Below, one piece after another: positions 9,731 to 19,560 of a stretch of DNA of 64,000 nt (position 1 is the first letter of the stretch; every line of letters begins with the position of its first letter). The position numbers and the translations under genes are program-made. This DNA is from Flavobacteriales bacterium (GTDB lineage Bacteria > Bacteroidota > Bacteroidia > Flavobacteriales > UBA7312): assembly GCA_029248105.1 (NCBI GenBank), contig JAQWJZ010000038.1:11265-75264 (forward strand), in the 5' to 3' direction. Below the pieces are notes generated by a model. It was not told where the DNA came from. It saw nothing but the letters and a program-made list of their open reading frames with translations, and searched no databases.

Positions 9731-10483
9731 ATGAAATTTTCTTTATACATATCAATAGTATCAATGTTTTTAGTGTCTTGTTCATCGATGAATAAAATTG
9801 TACTGCTAGACAAGGATTTGGATAAGGATACAAAAATCACAACTGCTAACTATCCAAAACACCAATTGCAAGAAGGTGATATTTTGCACGTGAAAATCAT
9901 TGGCATACAAGAAGAGTCCTTTGATATTTTCAATGTTGAAAATAATGCCAATAATAGTCAAACGACGTCAGCTAATCTTTTCCTTAATGGCTTTACAATA
10001 GATAGCAAAGGAGATATCGAAATCCCTACACTAGGTAAGATACCTATTGAAGGATTAACGGTCGAAGAAGCAAAAAGTAAGATTCAAACAAGAGCTAACG
10101 ATTTTTTGATTAACTCTACCGTAATTGTTAAGCATATAAATTTTGAAATCACAGTACTTGGTGAAGTGAATCGTCCAGGAACTTACACCGTTTATAAAGA
10201 CAACATTACTATTCTAGAAGCACTAGGACTTTCTGGTGACTTATCGGATTATGCAAATCGGAAGAAAATAAAACTCATTAGAGACAACAAAATTTTATAC
10301 ATCGATTTAACAGAAATAGAAACGTTATACTCACAAAATTTCGTTTTAAAATCTGATGATGTAATCTATGTAGAACCATTAAGAAATGTGCGATTAAGAA
10401 GCTCTAACGCACAAATTTATATTTCTGCTATTTCAAGTATAGCTCTTATTGCTAATATTGTTTTTAGTATTCTAAATCCTTAA
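9731..10483 (+). CDS. wza: Polysaccharide export outer-membrane lipoprotein (Wza/Poly_export + SLBB)
   Basis: Lipoprotein signal 'FLVSCSS'. 'GDILHVKI' and 'VLGEVNRPGTYTV' are Poly_export/SLBB motifs. Confidence 0.8.
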   Translation: MKFSLYISIVSMFLVSCSSMNKIVLLDKDLDKDTKITTANYPKHQLQEGDILHVKIIGIQEESFDIFNVENNANNSQTTSANLFLNGFTIDSKGDIEIPTLGKIPIEGLTVEEAKSKIQTRANDFLINSTVIVKHINFEITVLGEVNRPGTYTVYKDNITILEALGLSGDLSDYANRKKIKLIRDNKILYIDLTEIETLYSQNFVLKSDDVIYVEPLRNVRLRSSNAQIYISAISSIALIANIVFSILNP

Positions 10484-10494
10484 CAAAATTGTTC

Positions 10495-12912
10495 ATGAAC
10501 AATTCGCAACATAATAATCAAGAAGAAAAAATAGACCTTAAAATTTTTATCGATAGATATCTAATTTTCTGGAAGCAAATCATATTTTCAGTTATTATTT
10601 TTCTTCTCATAGGATTCATATACAATAGGTATTCAACTAAAATCTATAAATCATCTACTACATTATTAATCAAAGAAGAAAGTAATGCAAGCTTAGGTTC
10701 AGATGATGTTTTTGAAGGGTTAGATTTGTTTGGTGGACAAAAAAATATAAAAAATGAAATTGGAATTTTAGAATCTTTTTCATTGACCAAAAAAACCCTA
10801 GAAAGGTTAAACTTTAGAATATCATATTATCACTCTGGTAATTTAAAATCAGATGATATTTACAAAAAAACACCATTTAAGGTTGTAATAGATGAAATTA
10901 ATCCTCAGACCATAAATCAAAAGTTCTACATAAAATTAGTTTCTGAAGACGAATTTATTTTATCAACCGACTTCAATAATTTCAAATTATTTGACCTTAG
11001 CACTGAAACGTACATTTCTAATAAGGAGTTTGATTTTGATTACGAAAACACACATAAATTTGATGAGAAAATAACAACTGACTTCTTCAGTTTTAAAATA
11101 TCAAAAAATGATCTAACTCTATTCAAAGAAGAGAATTGGACAAACTATTACTTTATTGTTTCAAGTTACAATGACTTAACTAAAAATTATCTCAAAAACT
11201 TAGAAGTTTTAGAAATAGAAAAAGATGCTTCTATATTAAAAATATCACTAGAAGGCTCAAACCCTATCAAAATCAATGACTTCTTAAATAAATTCACTGA
11301 ATTATACCTCGCTGCTGGTCTTGATGAAAAAAATCAAATCACATCTAACACTATTCAATTTATAAATGAGCAATTAGCTTCAATTTCTGACTCTTTGTCC
11401 GATGTTGAAAGTAGCCTAGAAAATTTCAAAGAAAATAATCCGAAAATTGAATTATCACAAAAAGAATATGGTGCCTTTTACCAAGTCGAAAAACTCGAGC
11501 AAGAGAAAGCTATTCTTGAATTAAACAACAAATATTATATCTCTCTTCAAGAATACTTAATTAAAAACAATAATGTTGAAAATATAGTTGCACCATCAAC
11601 AATGGGAATTGAAGACCCTCTTCTTAGCACCCTTTTAGCTGATTTAACTAAATTATACTCACAACTAGACCTAGTAAGCGTAAACTCTAAACAAGAACAC
11701 CCTCTCGTCATATCTATTCAAAAACAAATATTAAGTACTAAAGAAAAATTAATCGAGAATATTGAAAATATCATTAGTAGCTCAGAACTTTCTCTAAAAG
11801 ATATAAACTCAAGAATCGTTGAAATTGAAGGACTTATTGGAGAACTACCACAGAATGAAAGAATACTTTTAAACATTCAAAGAAAGTTTAATCTTAACGA
11901 AAACATTTACAACTACTTACTAGAAAAAAGAGCTGAAGCGTCCATAACTAAAGCAAGTAATATTTCTGACCATAAAATAATTGATTCACCAAGGTTAGAG
12001 TCAAAATTACCAATCAAACCCAATACGACACTAACTTATGTGTTATCAATCCTGCTTGGTATATTTCTGCCAACATTTGCAATAAGCATATTCTTTTTGT
12101 TTAACAACAAGATTCTTGATAAAAAAGATATTGATCAAATTACTTCCATTCCTTTACTCGGAAAAATTATGCATAATGATAGTGGTTATAACTTAGTAAA
12201 TGCTAACAGTCCTAAGTCTGGTATTGCTGAGTCATTTAGATCGATAAGAACAAATATTCAATACTTAGCTTCAGATAAAAAAGAAAAAGTTATTGGTATA
12301 ACTTCAAGTGTTGGTGGTGAAGGAAAAACCTTTGTTGCCATGAATTTAGCTTCTATATTTAGTATAACTGGAGGAAAGACTATTCTTATAGGTGCTGATA
12401 TGAGAAAACCTAAGATATTTAACGACTTCAACCTATCAAATGACAGAGGTTTAAGCTCCTATCTTAGTAATCAAAACACCAAAGAGGAAGTCATTCAAAA
12501 AACTAATTTTGAAAACTTAGATATCATCCTTTCAGGACCAATACCGCCCAATCCTTCTGAGTTATTAAGCCTAGAAAAGATGAAAAGCTTTATCGAGGAA
12601 TTAAAGAAAACATACCAACATATTATCATTGATACCCCTCCTATTGGATTGGTAACAGATGGACTAATCTTAATGAAGCATTGTGATGTAAACATTTATG
12701 TAGTAAGGCAGAATTTTACAACAAAAGATATGCTCTATAATTTTAACGAAACTGTTATTGAAAATGATGTGGTCAATATGAATTTGATTATTAATGATAT
12801 TTCTATTGACAAAACTTCCTATGGATATGGGTACGGATATGGTAATACTTATGGATATGGTTACTATACAGAAGACCAAACACAAGATAAAAAACCTTGG
12901 TGGAAAATATAA
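10495..12912 (+). CDS. wzc: Polysaccharide co-polymerase / tyrosine autokinase (Wzc/GumC-like)
   Basis: Wzz-like N-terminal TM and coiled coil, second TM. Walker A 'SSVGGEGKTFVAMNLA', 'IIIDTPP'. C-terminal Tyr cluster 'YGYGYGYGNTYGYGYY' (about 12819-12868). Start set to ATG 10495; the track uses TTG 10489. Confidence 0.85.
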   Translation: MNNSQHNNQEEKIDLKIFIDRYLIFWKQIIFSVIIFLLIGFIYNRYSTKIYKSSTTLLIKEESNASLGSDDVFEGLDLFGGQKNIKNEIGILESFSLTKKTLERLNFRISYYHSGNLKSDDIYKKTPFKVVIDEINPQTINQKFYIKLVSEDEFILSTDFNNFKLFDLSTETYISNKEFDFDYENTHKFDEKITTDFFSFKISKNDLTLFKEENWTNYYFIVSSYNDLTKNYLKNLEVLEIEKDASILKISLEGSNPIKINDFLNKFTELYLAAGLDEKNQITSNTIQFINEQLASISDSLSDVESSLENFKENNPKIELSQKEYGAFYQVEKLEQEKAILELNNKYYISLQEYLIKNNNVENIVAPSTMGIEDPLLSTLLADLTKLYSQLDLVSVNSKQEHPLVISIQKQILSTKEKLIENIENIISSSELSLKDINSRIVEIEGLIGELPQNERILLNIQRKFNLNENIYNYLLEKRAEASITKASNISDHKIIDSPRLESKLPIKPNTTLTYVLSILLGIFLPTFAISIFFLFNNKILDKKDIDQITSIPLLGKIMHNDSGYNLVNANSPKSGIAESFRSIRTNIQYLASDKKEKVIGITSSVGGEGKTFVAMNLASIFSITGGKTILIGADMRKPKIFNDFNLSNDRGLSSYLSNQNTKEEVIQKTNFENLDIILSGPIPPNPSELLSLEKMKSFIEELKKTYQHIIIDTPPIGLVTDGLILMKHCDVNIYVVRQNFTTKDMLYNFNETVIENDVVNMNLIINDISIDKTSYGYGYGYGNTYGYGYYTEDQTQDKKPWWKI

Positions 12913-12927
12913 CTAACAACAATAAAC

Positions 12928-14139
12928 ATGAAAAAACACAAACCAGCAGATAGCATTCAAGATATTCAATATTTTGGTGAATATGGAGGCGTAAATCCTT
13001 CTATTGCAGATTCTTCAACATTTACATATATGGCCGGAAAAACTATGGAAATGGTTTTTGGCGGTGAACGTGAAGGCTGCTATTTATATTCTAGGCACAT
13101 GAACCCTAGTACTGGATACCTTGCTGAAGCAATTTCTAATATGGAGAATACAGAGGCTGCACATGTTTCCGCTTCTGGAATGGGCTCTATCAGTAGCACT
13201 ATCATGCAACTGTGTAAAAGCGGTGATCATATCGTAAGTAGTCGAACCATATATGGTGGCTCATATGCTTTTATGAAAAACTTCTTACCAAGACTAAATA
13301 TTAAAACTTCTTTTGTTGATACAACTAATTTAGAATCTGTTGAGTCTGCTATTTGCTCCAATACTAAGATTTTGTATTGTGAAACTATGAGCAACCCCCT
13401 TTTAGAAATTTCTGATATTAAAAAATTAGCCGAACTAGCTCACAAAAACAATATAAAACTAGTGGTGGACAACACTTTTACTCCGCTTATCTTTTCCCCT
13501 AACGAGTTAGGTGCTGACATCGTGATACACTCACTTACTAAATTCATCAATGGTGCAAGTGATACATTAGGAGGGGTTATATGCTCTAACAAAGAGTTTG
13601 TGGGTGAACTTATAGACGTTAATGAAGGCGCTGCAATGCTATTCGGACCAACGATGGATGCTATAAGAGCAAATGGGATTCTTAAAAATTTGCGCACTCT
13701 ACCTATACGAATAAAACAACACAGTAAAAATGCTCATTTTCTAGCCATTAAGTTAAAAGAAATAGGCTTAAAAGTTCATTACCCTGGCCTTGAAAGCCAT
13801 CCTCAACATGAACTCATGAAGAGCAGTATGAATACTGAATTTGGATTTGGAGGAATGTTAGTTCTAGACGTTGGTTCTATGGAGAATGCCTATAAGGTAA
13901 TGGAAGAGATGCAAAATGAAAATATTGGCTATTTGGCAGTAAGTTTAGGCTTCTACAAAACACTATTCTCTGCGCCTGGCGCTAGTACATCTTCAGAAAT
14001 ACCTGAAGAAGAACAAGAGGAAATGGGAATTTCAGAGGGTATGATCCGTATGTCAATTGGTTTAGACAATGATATAGAAAGAACATTTCATAGAATAAAA
14101 GAATGCTTAATCAAAACAAGCATTCTTAAAGAAGACTAA
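12928..14139 (+). CDS. Cys/Met-metabolism PLP-dependent enzyme (methionine gamma-lyase / cystathionine gamma-synthase family)
   Basis: 'SASGMGSI', 'VVDNTF', 'HSLTKFINGASD' (PLP lysine), 'RMSIGLD' are characteristic of the family. Exact reaction is not assignable from sequence. Confidence 0.75.
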   Translation: MKKHKPADSIQDIQYFGEYGGVNPSIADSSTFTYMAGKTMEMVFGGEREGCYLYSRHMNPSTGYLAEAISNMENTEAAHVSASGMGSISSTIMQLCKSGDHIVSSRTIYGGSYAFMKNFLPRLNIKTSFVDTTNLESVESAICSNTKILYCETMSNPLLEISDIKKLAELAHKNNIKLVVDNTFTPLIFSPNELGADIVIHSLTKFINGASDTLGGVICSNKEFVGELIDVNEGAAMLFGPTMDAIRANGILKNLRTLPIRIKQHSKNAHFLAIKLKEIGLKVHYPGLESHPQHELMKSSMNTEFGFGGMLVLDVGSMENAYKVMEEMQNENIGYLAVSLGFYKTLFSAPGASTSSEIPEEEQEEMGISEGMIRMSIGLDNDIERTFHRIKECLIKTSILKED

Positions 14140-14196
14140 GAGCAATTGTTGTTTCATGCTTTAGGATTATTATATTTACAGAAATAATTTCCCCTT

Positions 14197-15621
14197 ATGA
14201 AACAATCTTTTTTTAGTGCTTTTCTTCCCATTCTATTTTTAATTGCCTTATTATCTTTTAACGTTTACTTATACGGAGACGATAGTTTGGGAGGAGCGAA
14301 CCAATTAGCACTATTGCTGTCTGCCGCATTTGCAGCCCTAATGGGAATCAAAAATGGCAGCAGTTGGAAAAGTATTTTAGATGGAATTAGTAAAAGTATT
14401 GCTTCAACAACTCCTGCTATAATCATACTTCTATTAATAGGTTCTTTGGCTGGAACTTGGCTCATAAGTGGTATTGTTCCTACTATGATTTACTATGGGT
14501 TACAAATCTTGAATCCTAAAATATTTCTTGTAGCAGCATGTATTATATGTGCTATTGTTTCCCTTGCATCAGGAAGTTCATGGTCTACCATTGCAACTGT
14601 TGGTATAGCTCTTTTAGGAATAGGAGAAGCTCTACAAATTTCTGAAGGATTAGTTGTAGGTGCAATTATATCAGGAGCATATTTTGGTGACAAATTATCC
14701 CCTCTATCAGATACAACAAATTTAGCCCCTGCTATGGCTGGCACAGATTTATTTACTCATATCAGATACATGATGTACACTACGGTTCCTAGCTTTTTGA
14801 TATCACTAATTTTATTTTTAGTTATTGGTTTAACTTTTGATAGTACCCAAAACACAACCGACATCAAAAGTTTATTATCTGCAATTGATAACAGTTTTAA
14901 TGTTAGTCCTTGGTTATTTCTAGTACCCATAATAGTACTAGCCCTGATTATAAAAAAAGTACCCGCCCTACCCTCTTTACTAGCAGGTACATTACTAGGA
15001 GGTTTATTTGCTGTGATTTTTCAAGCCGATCTAGTTGTAAAACTATCAGAGATTGACACTAATTTTTTACAAGCAAGCTATGTAGCGGTAATAAATGCAA
15101 TGGGAGGAGAAACGAACATAACCACATCAAATGCAATGATGAATGATTTACTTTCTTCAGGAGGAATGTATGGAATGTTAAATACTATATGGCTTATCAT
15201 ATGTGCTATGTGTTTCGGAGGTGCGATGGAAGCCACAGGAGCGCTTAAAAAAATAAGCCAGTCAATCATTCAATATGCTGAGAGTACTGGATCAGTAATA
15301 GCAACTACAGCCTGTACTTGTATATTTTTCAACCTTACGGCAAGTGACCAATATTTGAGTATTGTTGTTCCAGGAAGAATGTATGCCGACACCTATAAAA
15401 AGAAAGGTTTAGCACCTGAAAACTTAAGCAGAACACTTGAAGATAGTGGCACTGTAACTTCTGTACTTATTCCTTGGAACACATGTGGTGCAACACAATC
15501 AGCTGTCTTAGGAGTTGCCACATTAGCCTACCTACCTTACTGCTTCTTTAATCTAATTAGCCCATTAATGACAATAGTATATGGTTATTTAGGTTTAAAA
15601 ATTAAAAAAATAAAAAGCTAA
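14197..15621 (+). CDS. nhaC: NhaC-family transporter (Na+/H+ antiporter family)
   Basis: 474 aa, about 11-12 TM. 'GAYFGDKLSPLSDTTNLAP' and 'TSVLIPWNTCG' blocks are typical of NhaC. Confidence 0.8.
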   Translation: MKQSFFSAFLPILFLIALLSFNVYLYGDDSLGGANQLALLLSAAFAALMGIKNGSSWKSILDGISKSIASTTPAIIILLLIGSLAGTWLISGIVPTMIYYGLQILNPKIFLVAACIICAIVSLASGSSWSTIATVGIALLGIGEALQISEGLVVGAIISGAYFGDKLSPLSDTTNLAPAMAGTDLFTHIRYMMYTTVPSFLISLILFLVIGLTFDSTQNTTDIKSLLSAIDNSFNVSPWLFLVPIIVLALIIKKVPALPSLLAGTLLGGLFAVIFQADLVVKLSEIDTNFLQASYVAVINAMGGETNITTSNAMMNDLLSSGGMYGMLNTIWLIICAMCFGGAMEATGALKKISQSIIQYAESTGSVIATTACTCIFFNLTASDQYLSIVVPGRMYADTYKKKGLAPENLSRTLEDSGTVTSVLIPWNTCGATQSAVLGVATLAYLPYCFFNLISPLMTIVYGYLGLKIKKIKS

Positions 15622-16752
15622 ATGAAGATTGCAATCATTGGTACAGCACATCCCTACAGAGGCGGAATTGCCGCATTCAATGAGCGTCTAGCTAAAGAAC
15701 TCATTTCAGAAGGGCATCAGATTACTATACATACTTTTAAATTACAGTATCCAGATTTTTTATTTCCTGGTAAAACACAATTTTCTTCTGAAGAAAAACC
15801 CAAAAATCTCAACATTATTAGAACTGTAAACGCCATAAGCCCAATAAACTGGATATTTCAAGGGCTGAGCTTAAGAAAAGAGAAATATGATGTTGTCATT
15901 GTACCATTTTGGCTACCATTTATGGGAGCTTCTCTGGGTACTATAACAAAACTACTTAAAAGAAAGAGTACAAAGGTTCTATGCATAGCTCATAACATCA
16001 TACCTCACGAAAAACGTATTGGTGACAAAGCTCTAACCTCGTTTTTTACGAAAGGTGTAGATGGCTTTTTATCAATGACGGAAAAAGTTTCAAAAGATTT
16101 AAAAACCTTTGAAAAAAATAAACCTAAAGTCGTTTCTCCTCATCCAATTTATGACAACTTCGGCAAAATTGAAACAAGAGAAAAAAGTCTAGAGTCCTTA
16201 AATTTAGATTCATCTTACCGATACATTTTATTTTTTGGGTTAATAAGAGATTATAAAGGACTGGACTTACTATTAGAAGCATATTCATCTCAAGAACTAA
16301 GAGAAAAGAAGATCAAACTAATTATCGCTGGAGAATATTACTCAGACAAAACACCTTATCTGGAGTTAATTAAAAAATATAAACTAGAAAAAGACATCAT
16401 ACAAGCAGATAAATTTATCCCCGACTCTGAAGTACATTTATATTTTAACGCTTGTGATTTAGTTGTTCAACCCTATAAATCTGCTACACAAAGTGGAGTT
16501 ACTCAAATAGCATATCACTTTAACAAACCTATGGTGGTTACAAATGTTGGTGGACTAAAAGAAATGTGTCCAGATGGTAAAGTAGGATATGTAGTTAACC
16601 CTAACCCACATGAAATAAAAAATGCCATATTGAAGTTCTTTGATAATAAGGATTCAAAAGAAATGATTGAAAACATAAAAGAAATAAAGACCCAATACAG
16701 TTGGTCAATATTCACTAAAAATTTACTTTCATTATTAAGTCTGAACAAATAA
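15622..16752 (+). CDS. Glycosyltransferase family 4 (GT-B, GT1 domain)
   Basis: C-terminal 'VVQPYKSATQSGVTQIAYHFNKPMVVTNVGGLKE' is an EX7E-type GT4 block. Its ATG directly follows the nhaC stop (TAAATG). Confidence 0.75.
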   Translation: MKIAIIGTAHPYRGGIAAFNERLAKELISEGHQITIHTFKLQYPDFLFPGKTQFSSEEKPKNLNIIRTVNAISPINWIFQGLSLRKEKYDVVIVPFWLPFMGASLGTITKLLKRKSTKVLCIAHNIIPHEKRIGDKALTSFFTKGVDGFLSMTEKVSKDLKTFEKNKPKVVSPHPIYDNFGKIETREKSLESLNLDSSYRYILFFGLIRDYKGLDLLLEAYSSQELREKKIKLIIAGEYYSDKTPYLELIKKYKLEKDIIQADKFIPDSEVHLYFNACDLVVQPYKSATQSGVTQIAYHFNKPMVVTNVGGLKEMCPDGKVGYVVNPNPHEIKNAILKFFDNKDSKEMIENIKEIKTQYSWSIFTKNLLSLLSLNK

Positions 16753-16761
16753 AAAACCAAA

Positions 16762-17343
16762 ATGAATAAGCAAGACCTTATAAAAAAGAATATTAAAGAT
16801 TCTCTTAAAATTAAGAAAGAGCTACTTAAAAATGAAACTCTCATTAAGCAAATTGTAGAGATTGCTGATTTAATAATAAAAGCCTTTAAAACTGAAAAAA
16901 AATTATTGTTTTGCGGTAATGGAGGAAGTGCTGCCGACGCACAACATTTAGCAGCAGAATTTTCTGGAAGATATTATTTAAACAGAGCCCCATTACACGC
17001 TGAAGCGCTACATACAGACACTTCTTTTATGACTGCAGTAGCTAACGATTTTTCATTTGACGAAGTATACTCTAGACTAATTAAAGGAATTGGCAAAGAC
17101 GGAGACATACTAATAGGTATGTCAACATCGGGAAATTCAAAAAATGTGACTAAAGCATTGGAACAGGCTAAAAAACAAGGTCTCATAACCATAGGATTTA
17201 CAGGCAAAAAAGGTGGTGAAATGAATAACCACTGCGATTTAATCATAAATATTCCTTCTAACGATACACCACGAATTCAAGAATGTCATCTTATGCTAGG
17301 ACACGCTATATGTGAATTGGTCGAAAAAGAATTATTCTCATAG
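16762..17343 (+). CDS. gmhA: D-sedoheptulose 7-phosphate isomerase (phosphoheptose isomerase)
   Basis: SIS domain 'FCGNGGSAADAQHLAAEF', 'STSGNS', 'QECHLMLGH'. Confidence 0.85.
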   Translation: MNKQDLIKKNIKDSLKIKKELLKNETLIKQIVEIADLIIKAFKTEKKLLFCGNGGSAADAQHLAAEFSGRYYLNRAPLHAEALHTDTSFMTAVANDFSFDEVYSRLIKGIGKDGDILIGMSTSGNSKNVTKALEQAKKQGLITIGFTGKKGGEMNNHCDLIINIPSNDTPRIQECHLMLGHAICELVEKELFS

Positions 17344-17350
17344 TATTATT

Positions 17351-17878
17351 ATGTCGTTAAACCTTCCTAATATTGATAACAGTTGGACACTTTTTCTAGA
17401 TAGGGATGGTGTAATAAATAGAAAGTTAGAAAACGACTATGTCAAATCTGTAAAAGAATTTGAATTTCTTCCACAAGTATTAGATGCTATAAAACTGTTT
17501 TCTAACCGATTTCATAAGATTGTTATTGTTACCAATCAACAAGGGATAAGCAAGGGACTGATGACCGAAAAAGACTTGCAAACGGTACACACTCATTTAA
17601 TAGAGGAAGTAAAAAAGAAAGGGGGTAAAATTGATGCTACCTATTATGCACCGCAATTAGCAGAAGAAAACTCTCCAATGAGAAAACCGAATATTGGTAT
17701 GGCTTTAGCTGCACGTAATGATTTTCCAAAAATAGACTTTAAAAAAAGTATTATGGTAGGTGATTCTATTAGCGATATGGAATTTGCTCAAAATGCTAAT
17801 ATGTTTGCTGTATTTATAGGTCAGTCGGACCAGTACTATTCCACTGACTCTCTAATGAGTTTAGCACGGTTGATTTAA
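17351..17878 (+). CDS. gmhB: HAD-IIIA phosphatase, D,D-heptose 1,7-bisphosphate phosphatase-like
   Basis: 'LFLDRDGVIN', 'VTNQQGI', 'RKPNIGM', 'VGDSISD'. Start set to ATG 17351 (MSLNL); the track start at 17312 overlaps gmhA. Confidence 0.75.
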   Translation: MSLNLPNIDNSWTLFLDRDGVINRKLENDYVKSVKEFEFLPQVLDAIKLFSNRFHKIVIVTNQQGISKGLMTEKDLQTVHTHLIEEVKKKGGKIDATYYAPQLAEENSPMRKPNIGMALAARNDFPKIDFKKSIMVGDSISDMEFAQNANMFAVFIGQSDQYYSTDSLMSLARLI

Positions 17879-17879
17879 G

Positions 17880-18827
17880 TTATATCTCGTCTTCGACGTG
17901 GTACTGATTTCTATCGTGAGCATTTCTAGAAATCATCTCTCCAACAAAACCTGCTAAGAATAACTGCAATCCCATTACCATAGAAGTTAAAGCGATATAA
18001 AATCCACTCATATCGGCAATATTGGTAGCTTTAACATCAACATACATGAAGTATAGCTTTTGCCCTCCTATATAAGTAAATAAAATAAATCCTAGAACAA
18101 ACATTAAGGTACCTAACACGCCAAAAAAGTGCATTGGTTTTTTACCAAAACGGGAAACAAAAGTGACGGTCATCAAGTCTAAAAAGCCATTGATAAAACG
18201 CTCTAAACCAAATTTTGTAACACCATACTTTCTGGCTTGATGCTCAACGACCTTTTCGGTGATTTTTGGAAAACCTGCTCTTTTAGCTAACATCGGGATA
18301 TAACGGTGCATTTCACCATATAGCTCAATGTTCTTCACCACATCTTTTCGATATGATTTTAAACCACAATTAAAATCGTGCAAGTAAATGCCCGAAGCTT
18401 TGCGGGCAGCCCAATTATATAGTTTAGTAGGTACCGTTTTAGTGATGGGGTCATAACGTTTCTTTTTCCAACCAGAAACCAAATCCCAAACATCTTCTTT
18501 AATCAAACGATACAACTCTGGTATTTCTTCAGGACTATCTTGTAAATCAGCATCCATTGTAATCACTACATCACCTTGAACTTTAGCAAAAGCAATATTC
18601 AAAGCTGCTGATTTGCCATAATTTCTTCTAAATTTAATCCCCTTAATACAAGAGTTTGTTTTTGATAATTGTTGAATTACTTCCCAAGAATTATCAGTAC
18701 TACCGTCATCAGCAATTACAATTTCATAGGAAAAAGAGTTTTCTTGCATTACTTTATCTATCCAAGAACACAGTTCAGGAAGAGATTCAGATTCATTAAA
18801 AGAAGGTACTACAATGGATATATTCAT
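17880..18827 (-). CDS. Glycosyltransferase family 2, polyprenyl-phosphate glycosyltransferase type (DPM1/ArnC-like) with C-terminal TM helices
   Basis: 'IVVPSFNESESL', 'IADDGSTDNS', 'MDADLQD' are GT2 motifs, plus two C-terminal TM segments. Confidence 0.85.
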   Translation of the reverse strand: MNISIVVPSFNESESLPELCSWIDKVMQENSFSYEIVIADDGSTDNSWEVIQQLSKTNSCIKGIKFRRNYGKSAALNIAFAKVQGDVVITMDADLQDSPEEIPELYRLIKEDVWDLVSGWKKKRYDPITKTVPTKLYNWAARKASGIYLHDFNCGLKSYRKDVVKNIELYGEMHRYIPMLAKRAGFPKITEKVVEHQARKYGVTKFGLERFINGFLDLMTVTFVSRFGKKPMHFFGVLGTLMFVLGFILFTYIGGQKLYFMYVDVKATNIADMSGFYIALTSMVMGLQLFLAGFVGEMISRNAHDRNQYHVEDEI

Positions 18828-18829
18828 AT

Positions 18830-19363
18830 TTATTCTGAAATTTCTATGGGTTTATCTTTTTTAACAAATGCCGCAATTATAGCGGCTATGATAATATGAA
18901 AAAAGAAACTATAAAAAAAGGCTGTTGCTTGATTAGAAATTGAATATATGTCCTCTTCTTGTGTTTGCTCTATTAATGACTCCATCACACTATACATAGC
19001 ATTGCTCTCAGGAAGTTGTTCTAGCTGAACAACTAATTTTTCAATCGTGAATTCTTTTAACAAAACAGCAAAATCTGGATCAATAAAATTAAACAAGATG
19101 ATAGAAAAAAATGTAGTGAAAAAAGCTCCTGCTACCGAAATACCTAAAGTAACCGTAAAAGTTTCTTTAAAAGAAAGAAAACCACCTACCCATTTTTTAT
19201 AATTGATAACTAAAAAAATTAAAATCACATAAGGAGTCAGCCCTTTGATGATAGACCATGTATCATTGAGAAAAAAATCAACTCCAAGAGTATATGATGT
19301 TAATAGTAAAACTATACTTATGGAGCCAAGTATTAAACCGTTTTTTAGGATATAATCTTTCAT
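18830..19363 (-). CDS. DUF4199-type integral membrane protein
   Basis: 177 aa, 4 TM segments. Composition and pairing with the GT2 gene are typical of Bacteroidota DUF4199 proteins. Only a 2-nt gap to the GT2 start. Confidence 0.55.
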   Translation of the reverse strand: MKDYILKNGLILGSISIVLLLTSYTLGVDFFLNDTWSIIKGLTPYVILIFLVINYKKWVGGFLSFKETFTVTLGISVAGAFFTTFFSIILFNFIDPDFAVLLKEFTIEKLVVQLEQLPESNAMYSVMESLIEQTQEEDIYSISNQATAFFYSFFFHIIIAAIIAAFVKKDKPIEISE

Positions 19364-19386
19364 TATTTTGATTTAAGGATTGCATA

Positions 19387-19394
19387 CAAATATA
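19387..19394 (-). promoter_or_regulatory. Candidate -7 box (TATATTTG) for the DUF4199-GT2 operon
   Basis: Reverse complement of 'caaatata', about 23 nt upstream of the ATG at 19363. Confidence 0.4.
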
Positions 19395-19452
19395 ATTATT
19401 TTTTTGTCCTATTTTTTTAGGCTAAAGTAATCGGAAAAGAATGCAATTAGTA

Positions 19453-19460
19453 TATATTTG
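19453..19460 (+). promoter_or_regulatory. -7 box (TATATTTG) for the SRP RNA gene
   Basis: TAnnTTTG match ends 4 nt before the first base of the closing helix of the SRP RNA (19465). Confidence 0.6.
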
Positions 19461-19464
19461 CACC

Positions 19465-19560
19465 GGGCAAGTCTTACACAACCAGCTCCTGCTGAACTCC
19501 CCCAGGACCGGAAGGTAGCAAGGGTAAGTGGTTGAGCGGTGTGATGTAAGTAGCTTGCCC
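19465..19560 (+). ncRNA. ffs: Signal recognition particle RNA (small bacterial 4.5S type)
   Basis: 5' 'GGGCAAG' pairs with 3' 'CUUGCCC'. The conserved domain IV core 'CCCAGGACCGGAAGGUAGCAAGGGUAAG' resembles E. coli 4.5S 'CAGGUCCGGAAGGAAGCAGCC'. Followed by a T7 run (19561-19567). Confidence 0.8.

Noticed and set aside
9882-9897. parS-like sequence TTTTGCACGTGAAAAT inside wza
   Set aside because: It matches the canonical tGTTnCACGTGAAACa at 13 of 16 positions, with 3 mismatches in the outer arms, and it is not a perfect palindrome. It lies inside a coding region 18 kb from parAB. I found no better parS by eye, so a genome-wide matrix scan is needed before calling any site.
12819-12868. Short tandem DNA repeats (tatggatatgg...)
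   Set aside because: They encode the C-terminal Tyr cluster (YGYGYGYGNTYGYGYY) of the Wzc-type autokinase. This is not a CRISPR array or a satellite repeat.
16515-16844. 109-aa antisense ORF spanning the GT4/gmhA junction. Similar 60-100-aa antisense ORFs occur inside accA, the ABC exporter, nhaC, uvrA, cca and others.
   Set aside because: Phe/Leu/Ile/Ser-rich translations are typical of the reverse strand of Lys/Glu-rich AT-rich genes. All are nested in well-supported genes and none has recognisable motifs.
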